NCBI GenBank assembly: GCA_965223005.1
Contig: CBDCVK010000002.1
Location: forward strand, 81,431 to 145,430
Origin: Terriglobia bacterium
Lineage (GTDB): Bacteria > Acidobacteriota > Terriglobia > JAJPHL01 > JAPKYU01
Length of the DNA: 64,000 nucleotides
Direction: 5' to 3'
Below, one piece after another: positions 63,020-64,000 of this stretch. A program made the position numbers and the translations under genes. Position 1 is the stretch's first letter. Each line of letters opens with the position of its first letter. The notes below the pieces were generated by a model, which saw only the letters and a program-made list of their open reading frames with translations, did no database searches and was not told the DNA's origin.

Positions 63020-63260
63020 GGAAGGGCTATAGTCACTGTTATGGTGGACATCCACTTCCGTAGAAAGTAGCGACTCCGGTTTTCCCAGATCAGCTATGCA
63101 CAAAGCCGATAGTCCCCACAGACGGGCTAGTGTTTATCAATCCCGGTTTCAGTTGGGCGAATAGTTCGCTTTCCGGAAACTGACCCTCTACGCCCGCTAG
63201 GCGTAGTAGGTCAGTTTCCGATAAAGGCGTTATACATCCGGGTGGCGACAGGGATGACTA
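63020..63260 (+). repeat. Mosaic intergenic repeat, copy D (best palindrome) with extra degenerate modules upstream
   Basis: The 21-nt arms at 63174-63194 and 63200-63220 (CGGAAACTGACCCTCTACGCC / GGCGTAGTAGGTCAGTTTCCG) pair at 19 of 21 positions around a 5-nt loop. These are followed by ATAAAG and GCGTTATAC (63227-63235). Partial module copies sit at 63036-63060 and 63129-63165. Confidence 0.65.
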
Positions 63261-63353
63261 GATCGCGCATTGTGGTTGATCCACGCCTGCCCAGCAATTA
63301 ACCTCCGCCGGGGTGGACGAGACAACTCAGAGGGGAATCTCTCTTTACTGAAA

Positions 63354-63617
63354 GTGTCTTACCTTTCGCTAGCTATTGCACCTCTTGTGAGTAGACTGTC
63401 AGCTTATTTTCACGCAGGAGGGTATAAGTTCATTGCGGCTCTATACTTTGGTAGTCTAAGTGTTGCTCTTGGCAATCTCGTGTATGATGTTTTCTGTCCG
63501 CACATTGTAAAGCGATTTGCAAGTCCGAACGATCTATACATTCAGTGCAAATTGCCATTTATCAGCTTCTTTCTATACCTCAGTGCCTTTTCGTGGCCTG
63601 CTGCCCTGGTGTGCTGA
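63354..63617 (+). CDS. Hypothetical small membrane protein in a low-GC tract. Start and integrity are uncertain.
   Basis: The track ORF is 63270-63617. GC drops at about 63340. Hydrophobic segments LSLAIAPLV, FIAALYFGSLSVALGNLVY, FISFFLYLSAFSWPAALV. No family recognised. Confidence 0.25.
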   Translation: MSYLSLAIAPLVSRLSAYFHAGGYKFIAALYFGSLSVALGNLVYDVFCPHIVKRFASPNDLYIQCKLPFISFFLYLSAFSWPAALVC

Positions 63618-63692
63618 AATTCCATTGCTGACGAACGATGTCTTGATCGCCAACGCGCTACAGCGAAGGAAACAGGGAGCTGCCAGTCGCTG

Positions 63693-64000
63693 CTACTCCA
63701 GCGGTTCCAGTCCGACATAAGCAAGTGCCACTGACAAAAGGCGGTTATCGCTACCAAGCTTTACTGCTTTTCCCATAGCAAATTCGATAGCATTGACCTT
63801 TCTGCGGGGCAGGTCGTGCGGTAGGGGAGTGACGTGCCTTTTGCTTCCAGCCAAATCTTGCTCGTCCAATTTGGCGACGATCAGGTTATTGACGGAAACT
63901 TCGATTGATTGTCCAGTGATCGACGTGGGTAAGTAGGTGTCGAACACAAGTTGAGCCCCGCCTTCGGTCGGGAAAGAAAGATAGGCACGGGCTAGCGCGC
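63693..64000 (-). CDS. Hypothetical protein, C-terminal part only. The ORF continues beyond the window end.
   Basis: The frame is open from base 64000 (..ARAYLSFPTEGGAQLVFDTYLPTSITGQSIEVSVNNLIVAKL..DNRLLSVALAYVGLEPLE*). Low GC. No family assigned. Confidence 0.4.
   Translation of the reverse strand, partial: ALARAYLSFPTEGGAQLVFDTYLPTSITGQSIEVSVNNLIVAKLDEQDLAGSKRHVTPLPHDLPRRKVNAIEFAMGKAVKLGSDNRLLSVALAYVGLEPLE

Noticed and set aside
52340-63260. Interpreting the four mosaic repeats as integron attC sites (a CALIN-like cassette array).
   Set aside because: No intI gene is present. The box GCGTTATAC does not fit the GTTRRRY core. The blocks are 2.6-5 kb with several genes in both orientations, unlike single-ORF cassettes. 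I kept it as an unclassified repeat family instead.

Overview
High-GC (about 60% by eye) chromosomal DNA that looks acidobacterial, Solibacter/Bryobacter-like. This is inferred from a TonB-dependent receptor with a carboxypeptidase-regulatory-like N-terminus, CRTAC1/ASPIC-UnbV proteins, three PSCyt/DUF1549/DUF1553 + DUF1501 loci, and a C-terminal domain matching my recollection of TIGR03437 (Soli_cterm).

Layout:
- 1-12.3 kb: a co-directional minus-strand cluster. It holds a TonB receptor, three secreted TPR paralogs built from 126-bp units, and two CRTAC1-type FG-GAP/ASPIC proteins, one of them fused to a TPR array.
- 12.3-14.7 kb: a gene-less stretch with a duplicated hairpin element, tRNA-Arg(ACG), and a complete IS5/IS1182-like IS.
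- 14.7-28.7 kb: a DUF1549/DUF1553 + DUF1501 pair, small regulators, a DegT aminotransferase + Gfo/Idh/MocA pair, an S46 peptidase, and a large secreted Soli_cterm protein whose signal peptide is in a different frame.
- 28.8-32.7 kb: two tRNA-Glu-derived fragments and a phage/ICE-like regulatory remnant with no integrase.
- 33.7-45.8 kb: a sialidase/BNR, SSS transporter, DHDPS-type lyase, aminotransferase and SDR locus, bounded by two similarly decayed pseudogenes.
- 45.9-52.2 kb: a PSCyt1-DUF1549-LamG-DUF1553 gene followed by a head-to-tail tandem duplication of its DUF1501 partner.
- 52.3-63.3 kb: four same-orientation copies of a mosaic palindrome-containing repeat. They separate multi-gene blocks (low-GC methyltransferase; truncated HU/IHF, PilZ, kinase stubs; REC-REC-HPt and REC-PP2C; a third DUF1501 + PSCyt pair).
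- 63.3-64.0 kb: a low-GC tail.

I found no CRISPR array, rRNA or recognisable defence system. The most unusual item is the repeat-delimited block array with truncated genes at its junctions. All domain calls rest on motif recognition by eye, not on searches.
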